From NCBI RefSeq assembly GCF_009914755.1, contig NC_060929.1: a stretch of DNA of 64,000 nucleotides; one strand, given 5' to 3'. Origin of the DNA: the human T2T-CHM13v2.0 reference genome, Homo sapiens. The notes under the pieces were generated by a model. That model searched no databases, was not told where the DNA came from, and saw nothing but the letters and a program-made list of their open reading frames with translations. Made by a program: the position numbers and the translations under genes. How positions within the stretch are numbered: the stretch's first letter is position 1; the number at the start of each line of letters is the position of its first letter. Of this stretch, positions 35,781 to 62,339 are shown in pieces.

Positions 35781-36970
35781 ATGAATTGAGCTTAGAGTAG
35801 TTTGAATCAGTGGCTGCTAGCATTATGCTTAAAGAGAAATATTAGGTGATACCAGACACTATTCCAGTCAGATTCTTAGTTACAAACAATTATGGGGCAA
35901 CCCTCGTTGTTAAAGTATCCCGTGATGCTATTTGACATTCTCTTTTTGCAAACACATCATTTATTTATTAACTCTGCCTCTAGGTTTGTTTGTTTTCATT
36001 AGTGTCAGGGAAGTGCACTGAAATCAAATAGCATACTGTATTAATTTTTTAAAGATTATTATTGAAATTAAAGCATTACATTTAATTAAAATTTTCAGTT
36101 CTCATGGAAAACTCTAGAGTTTTTGAGAATATATTTTCTTACCCTCATTTGAGAAACATTTACAATATAGATGGACTCTATTTTCTTGGAGACATAATAC
36201 TCAGATAATCATGTGCACAAGTACCATATGACTATGGCCACATTTATGAGAGAATTCAGCCCAGCCTATATTCCATTTGGGTATATTTTTTTCATTTTTG
36301 ATGATGTCACATTGATTTTCACATAGTCATATGTGTGATAAGAGCACCTAAAATCTATTATGTTAGCAAATTTTTCAAATACAACAATATTAACTATAGT
36401 CCTCCTACTGTCCATTAGATCTCTAGACTTATTATCTTGTGTAACTGCAAGTTCATCTACTCGTTATTTTTTAAAGATACCTACTTACTCTCATTTTACT
36501 GGTTTTGAGAATCATATTCATCCTCCAAAGTTCTGGAGTTTGCTTGTTTTTCTAATTATTCCATAGAAAAAAACTACAGAACATTATCATTAGTTCTACA
36601 GACTTAGAGGTTCTTATATTGTTTGAGATAGGAAGGAAAAGTCCATTTATTTTTTAAAAACTTAGCACTGAAATATTTATGTAGACTATACTTTTTATGG
36701 TAAAAGCAATGTAGGCTGATAACAGTGTTTCAGATAACAAAATCTGGATAATATGCTTCTACTTTAAAAGACTGAAGGTTAGAATTGTCTTTATGGTGGA
36801 CCCAGGTGTTTTAATTTTGTTCCTAATAATTTTTTTATTATCTAATGTTTGTGAGATTGCATGAAGACAGCAACCTTGCTTATCTTGATCATCCACAGAT
36901 CTTTAGCATTTAAAATAATGCCCAGCACATCATAGGAATTTAATAAATAGTTGTTAAATGGAAAAACCAA

Positions 36971-37876
36971 ATGCATACAGGCACTGTTTCATCATAGAGA
37001 GCATTAGAAGCCTGTACTTTCTGGAGAAGTAGTTTTGGTGTTTAAATACAAAAATAGCTATAAAAGACAGCATTAAGCAAAGAGCCTTAGAGATTATTTT
37101 AGTTACTCTGGTGTCAAGTACCACCTCAATCACCTTGTGATGTGCTCTAATGTAATTAGTAATATGAATAATATGTTACAAAGGGAGTAGCTTCTAGAGA
37201 AAGAATGCTTCTAAGAAGATAGCAATATCCCATCTTTATACGAGAACCTCATTTTGAGTCAAGCAATTGTGCATGAATGAATCCTGCAATGTCAAGAGAG
37301 CTATTTGAAATAAGACACTATCACAATATTTCTGTGTCAGGGAACTCAACAAGTGATGAACTGCTGATCCCTTTTTGCTTCTCATCTAAGTAGTTGGTGA
37401 ATCCACTCTGCAGTAACACCCTTGAACCATGGCGAAGTTTCAGTTCTTGACAGCATACCTGTTCAAAGAACAGGCTAAGTGTTTTTATTATAGAAATTTC
37501 AAAATACAGTAACTCAAACAGGAGAGAAGTTTGTATATCTGTCTCCAAACAGTCCAGACTCAGGAAGGTCTCAGGAGGGTGGAGGATCTTCTCCAACGGT
37601 CATCTAGAGCCTAGGTTCATTCTGTCCAGTTCCTCTGCTAACCCTGGGAATGTCAGCATGCACATAAGTAGAAGCTGACGTACACTATCACATTCCCGTT
37701 CCAGCCCACAAATGTTGACAGAAAAAAAACATACACCAGAGTAACTAAAATAACCTCTAAGGCTCTTTGCTTAATGCTGCCTTTTATAACTATTTTTGTA
37801 TTTAAACACCAAAACTACTTCTCCAGAAAGTACAGGCTTCTAATGCTCTCTATAATGAAACAGTGCCTGTATGCAT
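36971..37876. repeat. Long inverted repeat: 144-bp arms (36971-37114, 37733-37876), 618-bp spacer
   Basis: Reverse complement of the right arm matches the left arm at 140/144 positions with no gaps. Confidence 0.95.
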
Positions 37877-38019
37877 ATATATATATATATATATGAAGGC
37901 ATATACTAGGTGTATTTAGATGACCTGTATATACTAGGAGTATTTATATTTTTATACTAGGTGTGTATATATATATAAAATGCATATACATATATATGAA
38001 GGCTATAGATTTCTGTATA

Positions 38020-38257
38020 CAGTCATCCCTCAGTATACGTGGAGGATGGGTTCAAGGATGCTCAGCATATACCAAAATCGGCTCATTCTGAAGTTCCCAA
38101 GCTGTTCCTTTGGGACTTGAGTACACAGAAAGTCAGCCTCCTTATACCCACATTTCAAATCCTGTGAATGCTCTATGTCCATTCTCATTTGGTTGAAAAA
38201 AATCAGTGTATCAATGGACTCACTCAGTTCTAACCTGTGTTGTTCAAGAGTCAACTA
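38020..38257. mobile_element. MER2-type Tigger-derived element
   Basis: ta|CAGTCATCCCTCAGTA...TGTTGTTCAAGAGTCAACT ends. Confidence 0.7.
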
Positions 38258-38324
38258 TATTGATTTGGATATTGTGTCCAAATCTATATCCTAAATTCTC
38301 TTAGCATTTTTAATAGTCTTTCAG

Positions 38325-38689
<365 letters not shown>

Positions 38690-38756
38690 TTAATTTTACC
38701 TCTTTTCAACTTTTATATCTCTAATTTCTTTTTTATGATGGTTAATACCTCTAGAA

Positions 38757-38986
38757 TAGTGATTCTCAAGGTATTATCAGTAGGGGTGATTTGGCTCTCC
38801 AGCAGACAATGCCTGAGGACATTTTTGGTTGCCACACCAAAAGATGAGGGGTGGGGGCAGGGATTCTATTGAACAGCTAGTGGTAAAGGCCAGGGATGCT
38901 GCTTTAGACATCCTACATTGCATAGAACTGCTCCCACAGTAAAGAATTATCTAGCTGAAATTTCAATAGTCAACATTGAGAACTCT
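38757..38986 (+). mobile_element. MER20 (hAT-Charlie)
   Basis: gacatttttggttgccaca, ggccagggatgctgct, aaagaattatctagc motifs. Confidence 0.72.
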
Positions 38987-39084
38987 AGAACAGTGTTAGA
39001 TAGTATTGCTAGTAGTGCCCAAACATATCTTATTCTTACCTTTAACACAACAACTTAGTATTCTGCAAAGATCCTGCAGAAGTA

Positions 39085-40080
39085 CAGTCATGTATCGCTT
39101 TAAGATGGGGATACCTTCTGAGAAATTTTTCATTAGGTCATCCAGGCACAGTGGCTCAGGCCTGTAATCTCAGCACTTTGAGAGGCCAAGGTGGGTGGAT
39201 CACTTGAGTTCAGGAGTTCGAGACCAGCCTAGTTAACATAGTGAAACCCCATCTCTACTAAAAATACAAAAATTAGCTGGGTGTGGTGGCACACGTCTGT
39301 AATCTCAGCTACTCAGGACGCTGAGGCAGGAGAATTGCTTGAACCTGGAAGGCAGAAGTTGTAGTGAGCCGAGGTCATGCCACTGCACTTCAGCCTGGGT
39401 GGCAGAGCAAGACTCTGTCTCAATTAAAAAAAAAAAAAAATTTCATTAGGTAATTTTGTCATTGTGTGAACATCATAGGATGTACTTACACAAACCTAAA
39501 TTGCCTACACCTAGGCTATACAATGTAACCATTTGTTTCTAGGCTACAAACTTGTACACCGTATTATCATACTGAATAATGTAGGTAATTATAACACAGT
39601 GGTAAGTATCTGTGTATATAAACATATCTAAACATAGACAAAAGTACAGTGAAAATATGATATAAAAGATAAAAAATGGCACACCTGTGTAGGGCACTTA
39701 CCATTTCCGGAGCTTGCAGGACTGGAAGTGTCAGTGAGTGGGTGGTAAATGAATGTGAAGGCCTACAGCATTACTGTACACTACTGTAGACTTTATAAAC
39801 TGTGTACTTAGACCATATTAAATTTATTTAAAATTTCTTTTTCTTCAAGAATACATTAACCTTAGCTTACTCTAACATTTTTACTTTATAAGCTTTTTCT
39901 AAACAAATCTTTTTGACTCTTTAGCAATAACACTTGGCTTAAAACACAACCACCTTGTATAGCTGTACAAAAATATTTCCTTTCTTTATATCCTATTCTA
40001 TAAGCTTTTTTCAATTTTTTAACTTTTTACTTTTTTTAAACTTTTAAAATATTTTTGTTAAAAACTAAGACACAAAAACT
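39085..40080 (+). mobile_element. Tigger3-family DNA transposon (3'-truncated) with Alu at 39136-39440
   Basis: ta|CAGTCATGTATCGCTTTAAGATGGGGATACCTTCTGAGAAAT start; Alu TSD atttcattaggt. Confidence 0.78.
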
Positions 40081-40149
40081 ATACTTCCAGGGATCATATC
40101 TATAGCTCATTTCTAGGAAAATTTCCCGAATGAGTAGAGTGCTGAAATA

Positions 40150-49190
<9,041 letters not shown>

Positions 49191-50028
49191 GTGAGCCTCT
49201 GCCATTTTCCAATTCCTGTCGCTCCTGGACTAATCAACCTTGCTGATCCCTTCAGCGTTCTGGGTGGGGTGAGAGGAAGAGCAGCATCCCACATGGGGAG
49301 TGAAGCTAGGTGCTTACTACACTTTTACTTTTCCTCGTAGGAGAGTACACAGGCCAAGGAGGTCTTTGTTGGCACTGAACTGTGCTGCCTTAGAGGAGGG
49401 GTAATGTGGGTAAAGTGAAATGTTTTACCTTCTTCAATGCGTCTATTCTCAGATTTTGTGTGTGTGTACGCTCCAATGTCGTAGCGGAGTCTTTCCACTG
49501 GACTCCTGGGTTCCCACAAAGGTACTTTTATCCATGAGTAGTTGTCAAAATCGGTGTTTCAGTGGGGTAGACAAGGGATAAAAACTCCTATTCTGCAGTT
49601 TTACTCATGTTACAGGTCTTCCTGTTATAACACATTGGCTATAACTCAGTTATGTACCTGTACTTAGTTACAGGTAAAGCTGGGAAATGTAGATCTTATT
49701 TTGTACAACCTTGTGTCTAGTTAGAATTCAGGAGTTTGTTAGAAAGAAAAAGGAGAATGGATATTGGAGTAAAACTACCAGCTTCTGTCATACATTAATA
49801 AAACATTATTAATGTTATTTTATTTAAGTTTTTTGTGTGTTACTTTTTGTTTTCTTTTAAAAGTATTTTAAATTTAATTTTTCAAACAAAAAAATTAATT
49901 CAAAAACTTAATAGAATAAAGACTTACACTGTGAAAAGGCTTTCTCTCATCTACCCAGTCTTCCTGCCCAATGTCACTAACTACAATTGTTAGTTTCTTT
50001 ATACATATAAGAGTAAATGTAAATATAG

Positions 50029-50900
<872 letters not shown>

Positions 50901-51449
50901 CCCCTTCTTTTTAAAACAAAAGATGTTATGGTATGTCATACACCTTGCTTCTTGGTTCTGTTCTTTTCTTTGCTTTTTTTTTCTTTTCCTTCCTCTTTTT
51001 TTTTTTTTTTTTGACTTAATACATGGTGGAGCTCTTTCTGAAGTAAACTTTCTTGTTTTTCTTTCCTAGGTGTATGATATTTATGTATGTACTATAATTG
51101 ACTTGCCTCCTTTTGATGGGCATTTGGCATATTTCTAATATTTTATATTACATTGTTTTCGTGAATAACCTTATTGTAAATGTGTTATTTTTCATATGTA
51201 CAAATATGTCATTTCCAACTCTTAAGATATTTTTGTCTATTTCCTCATCCACCTTCATAGTTTTTCCTTTTTAAATGTTCATGATATGCTATCTGTTGTG
51301 TACACATTCATACCTATTTTCTCTTCATTAAGAATTACACCTTTACCATGGTGTTCTTGGTCTTATTTAATGATTTTTTTTAACCTCAATTCCCGTTGTC
51401 TTTTTGTTCGCTTTGAATAACTTTGCCTCTTCCTTTATTTGAAAATTAA

Positions 51450-51794
<345 letters not shown>

Positions 51795-53675
51795 TTTTTT
51801 TTTTTTTTAAACTGTCTTTTATAGGAGTGATTTACGATTATTTTTCAAAAGTTTTAAATTTACAGAAAAGTTGCAAAAACTACCACATCTCCTTCACCCA
51901 GATTCCCCAATTGTTTCCTGCATTTGTCCATTATTTCTCTATACATATATAATTTTCTATTTATGTTTTTCTGCATGAGCCTCATTATCCCTAAGTACTC
52001 CAGAGGATACCGCCCCAAAGAAGGACAGCTTCTGTATCACTGCCATGCAGCCTCCCAGTCAGGAAGTCAGCGTTGATACAACACTACCATACAGTCCACA
52101 GACCCCATTCAGATTCTACCAACCATTACAACAATACCCTTTTTCCTCTTCTGATCCAGAAAACTCTCCAAGAACATGCATTGAATTTAGTTATCGTATC
52201 TCCTCAGCCTCCTTCACTCTGTGATAGTTCCTGTTTCCTTCTCTGTCATATACTTAACAATCTTAAAGATCATGGAGACTTGAGAGGAGATCGTGGTAGA
52301 GCAGTGACACCAAGCTGCTTCCTCAGCTGCTGGCCATGTTTTATTTATTTGTTTTATTACACTGGAGTTTACTTTGTAATAATCTGATAAAATTTATATT
52401 TATGTTTTATGTACTTTTTTCTATGTGTTATTTCACAATAAAGAAGGTTAAAAAATGAAGTTTGAGAATTTATATCAATGAATGTTTTTCCATTCATTGA
52501 TATAAATGTTTTTCCATCCATTTCCTCAGGCCGTTTTTTCCATTTCAGTCTGAATACAATGAAGTGAATATTAAAAAAGGCAAAATAATACTGGGAAGCT
52601 CTTCTTTTTACCTAAATGCTCATAACCATGTCTTTTTATAAGGTTTTTCACCATGGTGCCCAGATAAAGTAATAGAGATTCCATTTTAGCAAAAAATATA
52701 GGTTTCAGAACTAATTTTCACTTTTCTTTTTCTGTGTCCCTTAGCTGTAGTTTAAAATTCTTTTTGGTTTCTAATATGATACTGCTGTGGGGCAATATCC
52801 AAATTACTTTCCTCTGTTGTATTTCCAGAATGGTGTCGCCATCCTTAAGGGCAGGAATGTGTCAATATGACAAGAAAATATGCCTTGGTTAGGCAGTTAT
52901 TTCTTATCATTAGTAGAAAAAATGCTTTGGAAATTTTCCCTGGATTCTGACAAGCTTATGGGGAATATAAATATGAAACTGCTTAACAGCTTTGCATTTC
53001 CCTAGACTTGAATGCAACAGTAGTAGTGTCACCAGAAGAAATAGAAGTGTACAGTTTAAGTAACATTAACATTCTGAGCATATTCTTACATCTATAATGA
53101 ATTTACATAGGTTATTGGTTTTCAGCTCATCAGAAAAAGATCTAAATGTATTCTATTTGTCATTCTTAGTGAAATCTCTTGGCATTCTTGTATCTCATAC
53201 AAAAACCTCCAAAAGAAACAGCAGGGCCTCCGTATATGATTCTAAGTATTGTGGATGTCAGTGACATTTGTGTCTCTTCACAATCCCTTCCCATTGTGCT
53301 TTTCACCCTGACCAGGCTCCTGAACAAACCCAGGTTACAGATTCCTCCATCAGCAACATAGTCTCTTCGATTCCTTTTTCCAAAATTAGAACCATTTCCC
53401 ATGCCACTCATCTGGTTTCTTAGTCCATTTAACAGTCCTGCAATTCAGATAGAGCAGTTATGTCGTTTAGACAACAGCAGTATGAATGTTTTTTTGTCTC
53501 TAGTCCCTCTTGATGAAAGAATGAAATATGAAAGTACAGTTACACCATTGCTGATTAATTTTTTCATCTGAGTGCATTTGAGTTAGAGATAAATGAAAGC
53601 ATTTTTAGGCTTATTGGAATGACTCATCGCTTTCTTCCACTTTTAACTGTATAATTCTGTTTTATTTCAATGCAG

Positions 53676-53835
53676 GTACAGCCTGACTATTTGGACTGGA
53701 AAAAATGATAACTATTCCGTTGAAGATTTACTTTACATTAGAGACCATTTTGACAAAAAACAAGTTTTCTATGACATCTTGGAACCACAAAACCATGAAT
53801 TTAAACAAGCCATTGGAATCAAAGTTAATCTCTAA
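53676..53835 (+). CDS. FAM151B: FAM151B coding exon 6, last (RYSLTIWTGKNDNYSVEDLLYIRDHFDKKQVFYDILEPQNHEFKQAIGIKVNL*)
   Basis: Acceptor tttcaatgcag|; TAA at 53833-53835; cumulative CDS 25+126+166+218+136+160=831 nt = 276 aa + stop. Confidence 0.95.
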
Positions 53836-54380
53836 GAAGAAGATTCTCAATTATTTCCTGTGTTTTGGTTTCATAATCCTTCTCTCCATTGGTCTGAATT
53901 AATTACCATATAAATTATGGTTATTGATTGACGTTCCAAGTCATCTAATCAAGAAACGTTTATTGTATGCTTACTCTGTGGGCATATGTCCTTATAATAG
54001 TGCACTTACATAAAAGATTTGGAAAGAAGAGATTTATTTACACACGTGGCCTAGTCTAATAATAATTCAGGAAAATGATACTCTGCACCCCTTCATAAAA
54101 ATAGTTTTGATAAACTAAAGATGATTGGCAGAATCCATATGTCATAAAACAGGTATAAATCACATGTGCTTGGCACTTGCATTACAGAGATTATGAAAAA
54201 TATGGTACTCTTTTCCTTTTTCCTAGAAAACTGGTTATTTTAGAGATAACAAAAAAGGAAGAGGGCTTTTAAAATGTTTTTAATTTTCACAGGGGTCAGC
54301 AGCTGTCTCATATCAAGATCTATTAATCCATTTCCTGAAACTGTAGATTAAATTAGATAGATCTAGAATTTCCATGTGAT
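53836..54380 (+). other. FAM151B: FAM151B 3' UTR (end uncertain); candidate polyA signal ATTAAA at 54347-54352
   Basis: AT-rich unique sequence after the stop; no canonical AATAAA seen before the Alu at ~54655; ATTAAA followed by GU/U-rich tract; AGTAAA at 54548 is an alternative. Confidence 0.5.
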
Positions 54381-54654
54381 TGAGAAGCATGCTAGTGGCT
54401 AAGTGTTTTTTTTATATTTCTTATTTCTATAGTATCTGATTTATAGTGGACAATATACTGTTGGAGAGCAGTTTTAGTCTTTGTTATGTATCATTTGTTT
54501 TCCAAGTTTCTTACTGCCACCACCTTCATTCAGGTCCTTGTTCTACTAGTAAAACTTTATGAACTACTTTTTTCACGGCTCATTCCTCACATTCTACTCA
54601 GAGATCTGAGTTTTTCTGCTAAACAAAACTTTCTTTTCTTTTCTTTTTTTATTT

Positions 54655-55283
<629 letters not shown>

Positions 55284-56433
55284 TAAATACCTCTTTCTTT
55301 ATGCCAAATCAAAAACCTTCAAGGGCTTAAACTCAATTTTACTCAGTTTTCCTCTTTCAAGACCCTTCATAATGCAGTCCCACCTAAAAGTCAGTTTGTT
55401 GTGCTCCAGCACGGTTCTTCATTTAAAAAATTTATTCAACATCAATGGTTTCTAGATCCTACTTTAACCATTAATCTTAACTATTTAGTTATTTCACTAA
55501 TTGACACGTGCATGTTAGCTATGTCTCCTCAGCTAGACTGTAAATTCCTTTATGGCAAAGGTTCATGCTTAAGTATCTTTTACAGTGCCTGGCATAGTCC
55601 TGAGAAAAACATCCAGAAAAATATGTTGCTGCTTTGATTTATTAACAAGTAATTTACTAGTGAATGTCCTAAAAGATGTAATTTGCCTTTTGTCAATCAA
55701 CCATTTTTCTCCCAGAGAATAACATAGTTCTATATAGAGAAAAGATCTTGGGTTTTGAATTCAGACAGATTTTCTTTACAGCCCCACCTCTATCCCTTAC
55801 TAGCCATAGACTTTGGGAAATCTTTAATGCCATTGACTCCAGGCTCACTTGTCTATAAAGTGGAGGTGGGGGAATAAAATTTCTCTTGTAGGGTTGTTGT
55901 GAGGATTATGTGAGATTCATGTAGTAGAGATATCTAGCTCAATGACATAGTGAATGCTCAGCAAAGTTACTCTTCTTTTAGACTTATCCTGTGATCATGT
56001 CCATTATAGCTAGATAGCACTAAGAGATACAACATCAAACATTGTAGACATATAAATACTTAAAGACAATTATAGTATTTCCACTTGAAAATTCAGCTCT
56101 AGTCAAATGGAATGCTTCTTGTCAAATCATACCTAAAACTTTACTATCCATGGTTGTTTGCCAAAGACAAAAGGTGCAATTTCATTATAAAATTTCAACT
56201 GCTATAGAAAATAACTTTTTAAATTATAGTAAATTAATTTATAAATTTTCTACAAAGACCATGCATTACTAAAGACAGGTGAATTTATAAATAAACTGCC
56301 TTTTGTTGAAGTTCAAAGTAAAACTCACTTGTCCAGAATATTATTTTTACTACTTAATTGTCCTACCTTTGATAATTTTTTTAAAATATTAATATTATGG
56401 TAAAATTATATATTGAGAAATCTATAAGCCTAA

Positions 56434-56744
<311 letters not shown>

Positions 56745-56829
56745 CACTTAGATTAATATTTAAAGGTGTATTTTAAACTGTTCTCAGGAACAAAAACGCA
56801 TAAGAGAATTATAAAATGTATTCTGTTGG

Positions 56830-58656
<1,827 letters not shown>

Positions 58657-59938
58657 TTAAAGATATATATCTTTGTATGTGTAGAAAATTTTTGCAAAGA
58701 AGTTCAAATGCACAACATAATAGTTAAGTGCCACCTATTTTTTCCCTCTAAGTTGATGTCTAATATAGTGGTGTTGAGATCACATATCATCCAAAGGCTA
58801 TTTCTCAAGAGTGGTAGAGTAATCCTAATTCCAGAAGAGACTTTAATAAGAAAATCAATTGTTCAAAAATTCAAAGGCTTCTAATAAAGGGTAGCTTATT
58901 GTCCTGTAAGAGTGGTATAATTTGTTAATTAGCCAGGTATGTACTTATCCAGTGGGAAATGATTAAAAGTAATTTGGAACAGTTTGTAATTTGCTTGTTT
59001 GTTGGAGTTGGGGTCATGGGTTGTTGTTGTTTTTCTGTAATTACAAAGAAAATTAAGTACCTAGTCAATATATAGACAAATGCTGTATCTCCGACCTTGT
59101 TATTTAGGGCAAGATCCAAGGGAGCTCCCAGACCTCAGCAGCAAGAGCTCGGGCTCCAGTGTCCTAGTGTTTCACATCAGTGCCACTGTTACTTTTCATA
59201 GTAATTACCTCTTTATACCCATCAGCTTTTGGTCTGGGGAACCAGCTTGTCCAGCCACCTGTATCTTTCATGAGGGAATCTCATGTCAAGACGTCACAGC
59301 TCAGTAGGAACTTGGGGGGCAGATGGGGAGAGAAGGGGCAGGCATCTAAGCAATGTCTGATGTGCTCAGGCTGCGTGAATAATTCCAAAATTGTCCCTAT
59401 ATGATTCAGAAATGGAGCTTACAGTAATCTAGTCATGGGAGAGAGACCCGTAAGTGATAAGTTGAATATTTGCTAAAACTCCTATGATGGAATAACACAT
59501 GGCTTGCGGTATAGTCCCCAAAGAGACAGCAGTCTATTTTAACTGGGAGGGAACACGAGCTGTGTCTTAAAAGATGAGTAAGATTCACTGGGTAGACTGA
59601 CAGGGGAAGGACCTTTCAGACCCAGGCACCTGAGCCAAGTGGGAAAGAGCCTGATCGACCTGCTCAGAAATGTTTTTTGGGGCATCATACTGTGAGACAG
59701 AACCAGATTTATTTTCTGTAGTGAAGAGTTGGCTTCTTTTCTCTGAGGGAGTGGGAGTTATTGTACTACTTTAAGTAGGGAAGCATTATTATCAGTTTTG
59801 AATGTTAGAAAAGTGATTATGATGGTGAGAAGGAGGAAATCAATTGGGAGATTTGGAGTCCTCAAAGTGAAAGAAGATGAAGGCCTGAATTAAGGTGACA
59901 CCAAAAGGGGATGGAGAGGCTCAAGAAATAAAGGTTAT

Positions 59939-60307
<369 letters not shown>

Positions 60308-60512
60308 CTAGTATTTTTAGATTGGGTGACAGAGTGTCAGGTAATACCACTGACCCCATCAGGATGGAAAGGAGCCAGGTGTGGCTATATTTCTCAGTGG
60401 CTCATTGATATTACTTCATACCAACTTGGAAAGAAAAATGAAAATCCTATCTGCCTGACCCTGAACTCACTCTAAGATACTTTTTTTTTGTATTTAATCC
60501 TGCCAGTTTCTT

Positions 60513-60882
60513 TTTATTATTATTTTTTATTTTTATAGGTTTTGGGGGAATAGGTGGCATTTGGTTACATGAGTAAGTTCTTTAGTGGTGATTTGTGAGA
60601 TTTTGGTGCACCTATCTCCCGAGCAGTGTACACTGAACCCAATTTGTAGTCTTTTATCCCTCACCCCTTTCCCACCTTTTCCCCAAGTCCCCAAAGTCTA
60701 TTGTATTATTCTTATGCCTTTGCATCCTCATAGCTTAGCTCCCACTTATAAGTGAGAACATACGATGTTTGGTTTTCCATTCCTGAGTTACTTCACTTAG
60801 ACTAATAGTTTCCAATCCCTTCCAGGTTGCTGTGAATGCCATTAATTCACATTCCTTTTTATGGCTGAGTAGTATTTCTCAT

Positions 60883-60936
<54 letters not shown>

Positions 60937-62131
60937 TCTTTATTATGCACTAATTGATCGGTGGGCTTCTGGGTCGGTTCCACATTTTTGCAATTGCGAA
61001 TTGTGCTGCTATAAACATGCATGTGCAAGTGTCTTTTTTGTATAATGACTTCTTTTCCTCTGGGTAGATACCCAGTAGTGGGATTACTGGATCAAATGGT
61101 AGTTCTACTTTTAGTTCTTTAAGAACTCTCCACACTGTTTTCCACAGTGATTGTACTAGTTTACATTCCCACCAGCAGTGTGGAAGTGTTCTCTTTTCAC
61201 TGCAGCAACGCCAACATCTATTATTTTTTGATTATGGCCATGCTTGCAGGAATGAGGTGGTATTGCATTGTGGTTTTGATATGCATTTCCCTGATCATTA
61301 GTGATGTTGAGCATGTTTTCATATGTTTGTTGGTCATTTGTATATCTTCTTTTGAGAATTGTGTATTCGTGCCCTTAGCCCACTTTTTGATGGGATTGTT
61401 TTTTTTCTTGCTAATTTGTTTGAATTCATGGTAGATGCTGGACATTAGTCCTTTGTCATATGTATAGATTGTGAAGATTTTTCTCCCACTCTGTGGGTTG
61501 TCTGTTTACTCTGCTGTTTCTTTTGTTGTGCAAAAGCTCTTTAGTTTAATTAAGCCCCAGCTATTTATCTTTGTTTTTATTCTATTTGTTTTTGGGTTCT
61601 TGGTCATGAAATCCTTGCCTAAACCAATGTCTAGAGGATTTTTCCGATGCTCTTCTAGAATTTTAATAGTTTCAGGTCTTATATTTAAGTTCTTGATCTA
61701 TCTTGAATTGATTTTTGTATAAGGTGAGAGATGAGGATCCAATTTCATTCTTCTACATGTGGCTTGCCAATTATCCCACCACCATTTGTTGAATAGGTCG
61801 TCCTTTTCCCACTTAATGTTTTTGTCTGCTTTGCTGAAGATCAGTTGGCTGTAAGTATTTGGGTTTATTTCTGGGTTCTCTATTCTGTTCCATTGGTTTA
61901 TGTGCCTATTTTTATACCAGCACCATGCTGTTTTGGTGACCATGGCTTTATAGTATAGGTTGAAATCAGGTAGTGTGATGCCTCCAGATTTGTTCTTTTG
62001 GCTTAGTCTTGCTTTGGCTATGTGGGCTGTTTTTTGGTTCCATATGAATTTTAGGATTGTTTTTTCTAGTTCTGTGAAGAATGGTAGTGGTATTTTGATG
62101 GAAATTGCATTGAATTTGTAGATTGCTTTTG
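60513..62131 (-). mobile_element. 5'-truncated L1PB-like element
   Basis: Antisense ORF2 C-terminal ORFs (60950..61135, 61221..61445, 61698..61943); ttggttacatgagtaagttctttagtggtgat 3' UTR; perfect 18-bp TSD TAATCCTGCCAGTTTCTT at 60495-60512 and 62132-62149. Confidence 0.9.
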
Positions 62132-62214
62132 TAATCCTGCCAGTTTCTTAAAGACCATCCTTCTCCCCCAGTGCCTCCTCTTGTAATGTCTACCACATAT
62201 TTGAATGGTTTCAA

Positions 62215-62339
62215 GGCTGGGCACGGTGGCTCACACCTGTAATCCCAGCACTTTGGGAGGCTGAGGTGGGAGGATCCCTTGAGTCCAGGAGCTCGAGACC
62301 AACATAGCAAGACCCCATTTCTATGAAAGAGAAAAAAAA
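62215..62339 (+). mobile_element. Alu monomer (FLAM-like)
   Basis: Single left arm plus A-rich tail. Confidence 0.8.
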
